DNA of 64,000 nucleotides, taken from positions 23,126,001-23,190,000 of the forward strand of contig JBHGNT010000001.1 of the NCBI GenBank assembly GCA_043228905.1, written 5' to 3'. The position numbers and the translations under genes were made by a program. The notes beneath the pieces were generated by a model. That model had not been told where the DNA came from and searched no databases. It saw only the letters and a list, made by a program, of their open reading frames with translations. Shown in pieces: positions 59,401 through 64,000 of this stretch (the stretch's first letter is position 1; every line of letters begins with the position of its first letter). The DNA comes from Azolla caroliniana (taxonomy: Eukaryota > Plantae > Polypodiophyta).

Positions 59401-62400
59401 TCTAAATTATTAATTACTAAAAGATGCAATTGACGTTTCCTGCTCTCTATGAATTATTGTTAGGGAACCTTGATTCCCAAAGAGGAGTGTCAGATATGGT
59501 GGTTAGCACCATTGGATAAAGCAAAGTTATCCCTTATGATCTACTCTCTTTGGGCATCAAGGTTCAGATACATATATATTTGCTGAATCCTCTATATATA
59601 TTTTGAAAATAAAGAAATCTCTCTTTGAACCTTTGTATGATTACCAATTAACATAACTCAGGCAGGAGCAAATAGTTTGGATCACCAATTTCTATTTAAT
59701 TGGTAGCTTTTAGAGTACACAAGTGATAAGCATGTTTAGCTAAACTGAACTCCTGCCTATGCTACATATTTAACTCAGATTCAACTTACTTTATCAAGGT
59801 ATACTGTAGATATGAAAATGATTTCCTATGAAATCATGTCTTAATAATGATATCTTTTATATGCATCAGAATGCAGAAGAATACTTGTTGAAAATTGTCA
59901 ACAATGCAAGTGATGAGGCGTTGGCAGAAATATCTGGAGATCCAAGAGACCTGGAATCTATCAAGAGGAGTAACTTCCAACTCTACTAGATAGCCCAGAT
60001 TTGACATTGATTTTATTATAAACAGTAACTCATATTCATCATACAGATGAAGTTGCTTTATTGAAAATCTATCTCAAAGAAAAGTAAGGTCTGTTTATCT
60101 GATTACCTAACATGGATCTGATGTGTAGCTGTTTGACTTGGCAGTGGTAAGGTCAGAATCTTTATCATCATGGTTTCAAAGGTACATCAAAACATTCACA
60201 CACTCCTTGGCTTTCTTTGAACATGAATCAATTGACCATCCAGTAGCATGTAAGTAGGTAACCTTGAGATTCTACATATTATTGTAACTAGGTGCTTGAT
60301 AAAAGAGGGTATGTGCTGACATTTTTCTATTTGCATTATTGATACATAGGCATGCGTGCAGTATCATCGATTGATGAAAATCCTATTCATAAATTTGTTG
60401 AGCTTTATGATTCTTATTCAATGCCATCATTTTTAACTGATGGCACCATGGATCCAAAGCTGTTGAAGATTTATGTTCTTGTTCATGATCTTCAAGATGG
60501 TCCAGTAGATGGGTACGTTTCTTTGATGTGTTTCTCCTCTCGTCCATATGAGTATTGGACCAGGACCCTTCTACACATAGTTATCCTGTTAATTGCTATC
60601 ATATTTATTCGTAAATATTGATGATGTTGCAGTGCGAATGAGATCTTATCTGAAATGAGGGCAACATTTGGATTCAACAATTGCTGGCTTATGTGCATCA
60701 ACTCAGAAAGTTCTGAGATTATTGATTCAGTTGGGGAGGAGTTTTGGCGGTCTCACGCACTTCCTGCACTGCCTACAACATTTATAAAAGATGTAAGAAT
60801 AAATTTTCTGATGTCTTCTCTCAGTATCTCTAGCAGATCATTCCTCATTAGTTGTGCATATTTGTATTAAACCAAATTTAGGCCAGCATTTTGACCTCAG
60901 AAACAAAGCTAGGGTGCTTTCTAAGCGAGACTGATGTCACTGAGGTAATTACTTAACCTGTAAAGATTCACCCTTTTGAAGAATACCCTTGGAATAAAAT
61001 AGAGATTCTACTGTCTGAAGTGATTCTGACTTATTATATTTAATGCTGTAACATCTTCCGTTTTCTTTTTTACTACATGATATAGATCTCTGATTTGATT
61101 GCGCAAATATGCTGCAAATCCATTCTACCTTACATGGAACAGAAAATTAGGTCACTGAATCAGCAGGTGCAATTAATATGTCTGTAAACTAGCCGATCAC
61201 ATTTTTTATGATATTATGAATATGGATTCCCTTTCCCCAATATATAGAGGCTTATTGATGGCACCAATGGACATGACAAATGAAAACTTAGGTTGTGGCG
61301 ACAAGGAAAGGATTAAAAAATCAAATCAAGAATTTGTGGTGGCGGAAGGGGAAAGATGAAGTTGCTGACCCCAATAGTAATGCAATGTAAGGTTTGAGTA
61401 AAAAACGAATTGGTAACTTTTTCCAAAGGGTTCAAAGACAAATTATTATAGCACCAATGCACAGAATGGGATTGTCTGAGAGCTTATTAATTTTCTGAGA
61501 TAGTGTTTTAACTATATCGAGGAAACAGGTATACATTTAGCTCAATTGAGTCACAGATCAGAGTATTAGCAGATTACGCTTTCATGCTCCATGATTATGA
61601 ACTTGCTTTGTCCAATTACCGACTTATTTCAAGCGATTATAAGACAGATAAGGCATGGAAACATTATGCAGGAGCTCAGGTAAGTGGACAACCATTTTTA
61701 ATTGAACCGTAATCAATTTAGTGAAATTTATTCTCAGCTCTTCCTAACTTTTATATTAGGAAATGATTGGGCTTTCATTGTTCATGTTGGATCATGCCCG
61801 TAAAGAGGCTGAGCTTTCCATGGAAACAGCATTTAGCACATATCAGGTGGGTATGGATGAAAATGTGGTAATGCTTTAAGGAGAAAATTCTGAAGTACCT
61901 AAGTTTCTCTTTATTTTCCCAAATGCCCTTATGTTTTTATGATTTTCCCGTACTTCCTCAGCAACCATTCCACATGGGAATACATGTAGTCAGAGGAAGA
62001 AGCTCTAGGAACAAATGACAGACCATGGATGGCTGCTAGCTAAACATGCAATTGTGAAAACAAGGCAAAGGATATGGGCGAATAAATGTGTGCATTCTGA
62101 TAGAGAAACGGAAAAGGAGGATTGAGGATTGAAATGCTCTACACTAGGGTCCAAACATCAAATGTAGAAGGCATGTGAACTGGTATGTGAGGTAGTGGTG
62201 TCTCCTTGCTATCATGTTAGTCATGAAAAGAGAAGTGGTAAGAAACCCTTTGTGAAGGCGAGCTCGGAAGAGGAAACAAGGAAGCTGAAGGTATGTTGTT
62301 CCACAAGGATTGAAATGCTCTACACTAGCGTCCAAACATCAAATGTAGAAGGCATGCGAACTGGTATGTGAGGTAGTGGTGTCTCCTTGCTATCATGTTA

Positions 62401-63877
62401 GTCATGAAAAGAGAAGTGGTAAGAAACCCTTTGTGAAGGTGAGCTTGGAAGAGGAAACAGGGAGGCTGAAGGTATGTTGTTCCACAAGAGGGACCTCCCA
62501 AAGCTTAGCAAAGGAGTAGACATAACAAGGACATGATCCCAATGCGATAAGGAGTGTGTATAGCTTTATCATAATAATACTGTGGCGTTGTGAAGATGAC
62601 TGTCTACTAAGTTGGAAAGAAAGAAAGACGTATGAAGATCTTTTAAAATGTCAAAATGGGCTATAGCCTATGAGACAGAACAGGAGATTTTGCAGATGTT
62701 ATCTCATCTTTACGAGATATATATATGTCTATGGCTGTTTTTGATGAGTTCATGGCTGTTTCGTGAGAGCGGTGTAGCTCTTTACTCTAGTATCCTTCAT
62801 TGTGTGTTGAGATTTGGGGAAAGGTGTGTGTGGAATTGTGGCGATAGAGAAGTTAGTGATGGTTCTTTGTCTGGTTGGGTTGGCTTGTCTCCTATCCCTT
62901 GAAAGGTGTATTCCATTGCTTCTCAAGAATTTCTCCTGGTAGCATCAAAGTTTGAGCAAGAGGATTTCTTGGCATTGTCCCAACATTCAGGTTTTTTTGT
63001 GTCCAAAAGTTTTACTGAAAGAGGCAGTTGAATATTCCTCCAATTTCATAGCATCAGGGCAATGAATGCTTCTATTTTTCAGCCTCTATAGAGCATAGGA
63101 GGCAGAGGCAGTCATTTGCTTCCAGCACTTCACGACTGTCTTTATCCATAGTTGGTGTCACGATGTGAAGATCTGTCCAATTATGTGTGACGTGGGCATC
63201 CATTTAGATTAGGGGAAGGGTGAGAATCCATAACATGGTGTCCCACAAGGGAGCCCCATTATGTGAAGAGAGCTAATGTGTGACCTAATGATGAGGATGA
63301 AGTTGTTTCAGGATGAGTTCTGGTGATTACCAAATCATAAACATTGACCAGTACCTGCCGTTGAGTTGCAATCTACATGGAATAACAACCAAATTGAACA
63401 ATAATGTGGGCAATTTGTATCCTTCTCTCTCTCATTTGGGAGATGTAGCAACACCTAAGGCATTTTTTGAAGTAAAGAAAACTCCGTGGTGTTCAATAGT
63501 TTTAACCAAGTTTTTAAAATATTTTTAGACTTATTGGTTTTTTTCACAGAAGTTGGTACCAGCTGGGCAGAGACTTTCGACACGCTGTGCCCTATGGTGG
63601 TCGGAGATGTACAAAGCCAGAGGTCAGTATAAAGAAGCTGCAGGTGTCTATTTCCGTGCAGGGACTGAGGTAAGTGCATCTGACTTTAAATCATGTGACC
63701 CTGATGTCCATAATTGAAGTTCGGTAAAAGTACCATTTTCTTTAGGAGCCGCATTTGCGAGCTGGAATATTCCTCGAGCAAGCTGCATATTGTTACCTCC
63801 GTGCTACTCCACCTATGTTACGAAAATATGGTTTTTATTTGGTCCTTGCAGGGAATCGTTATAATGTCTGTGGGCAG
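53422..63877 (+). CDS. TRAPPC8: Trafficking protein particle complex subunit 8 (Trs85), first 13 exons; gene continues past the window
   Basis: Exons 53422-53584, 53799-53893, 59870-59969, 60145-60249, 60350-60512, 60633-60792, 60882-60944, 61086-61166, 61292-61386, 61529-61679, 61760-61846, 63550-63669, 63746-63877, in frame with GT-AG. Motifs EHESIDHPVAC, TRKGLKNQIKNLWWRKGK, SIESQIRVLADYAFML, DKAWKHYAGAQE, RKYGFYLVLAG. Confidence 0.93.
54370..59560 (+). mobile_element. Old degenerate LINE (family B-like) in TRAPPC8 intron 2, split by a younger antisense copy
   Basis: GDIVLVGDFNSH and ADHAYL endonuclease motifs at 54540-54850. RT part NYRTIMASHCLAKLYGSILESEL and YCCFVDF at 59130-59355, after the insertion. 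Confidence 0.75.
55217..58774 (-). mobile_element. Near full-length LINE family B (RTE-X/L2-like): repeat-bearing 5' UTR, ORF1, APE endonuclease and RT, (TTTC)n tail; internally deleted
   Basis: Coiled-coil ORF1 from 58437 fused to the endonuclease C-terminus (STVDYLMGS, ADHAYL). RT GQAGFR, CFVDFRKAFD, CPLSPTLF, LLYVDDIVL; LRTSSHQL. 5' UTR tandem repeats 58575-58725. AGAAAGAAA duplicated at both ends. The clade name is an inference. Confidence 0.88.
62125..62487. repeat. Tandem duplication, 2 x 181 bp, in TRAPPC8 intron 11
   Basis: GAAATGCTCTACACTAG at 62131 and 62312. Confidence 0.9.
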
Positions 63878-64000
63878 GTATTCTTAAGAATTTTATGTTT
63901 CATGTCTTTAAACATATGTTCTTCTATGGACTAAGAGTGCCATGTTGCTGCCTCAGAAAGTCTGCACGGATACTAAAACTTCAACATCTTTTTCAGTTTA

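Overview
AT-rich nuclear DNA of a land plant; the retroelement families suggest a fern or other seed-free plant, which is an inference. There are three intact, intron-rich host genes: cytosolic glutamine synthetase GS1 (13 exons, minus strand, 18108-22987), MULTIPLE CHLOROPLAST DIVISION SITE 1 (MCD1, minus strand, about 25225-31648) and the 5' part of TRAPPC8/Trs85 (plus strand, from 53422 off the window end). The rest is mostly nested, decayed Ty3/Gypsy, Ty1/Copia and LINE retroelements. The most unusual object is a decayed, spliced gene at about 36.5-40.5 kb. It encodes a ParB/Srx-like domain followed by a bacterial/phage-type beta-class amino (N6-A/N4-C) DNA methyltransferase, and an array of 12 palindromes lies at its 5' end. 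Also notable: the tRNA-Trp-primed Gypsy family has a conserved slippery site and H-type pseudoknot between protease and RT, and appears to prefer CpG-centred 4-bp target sites. Exon boundaries and motifs were read by eye and no database search was run.
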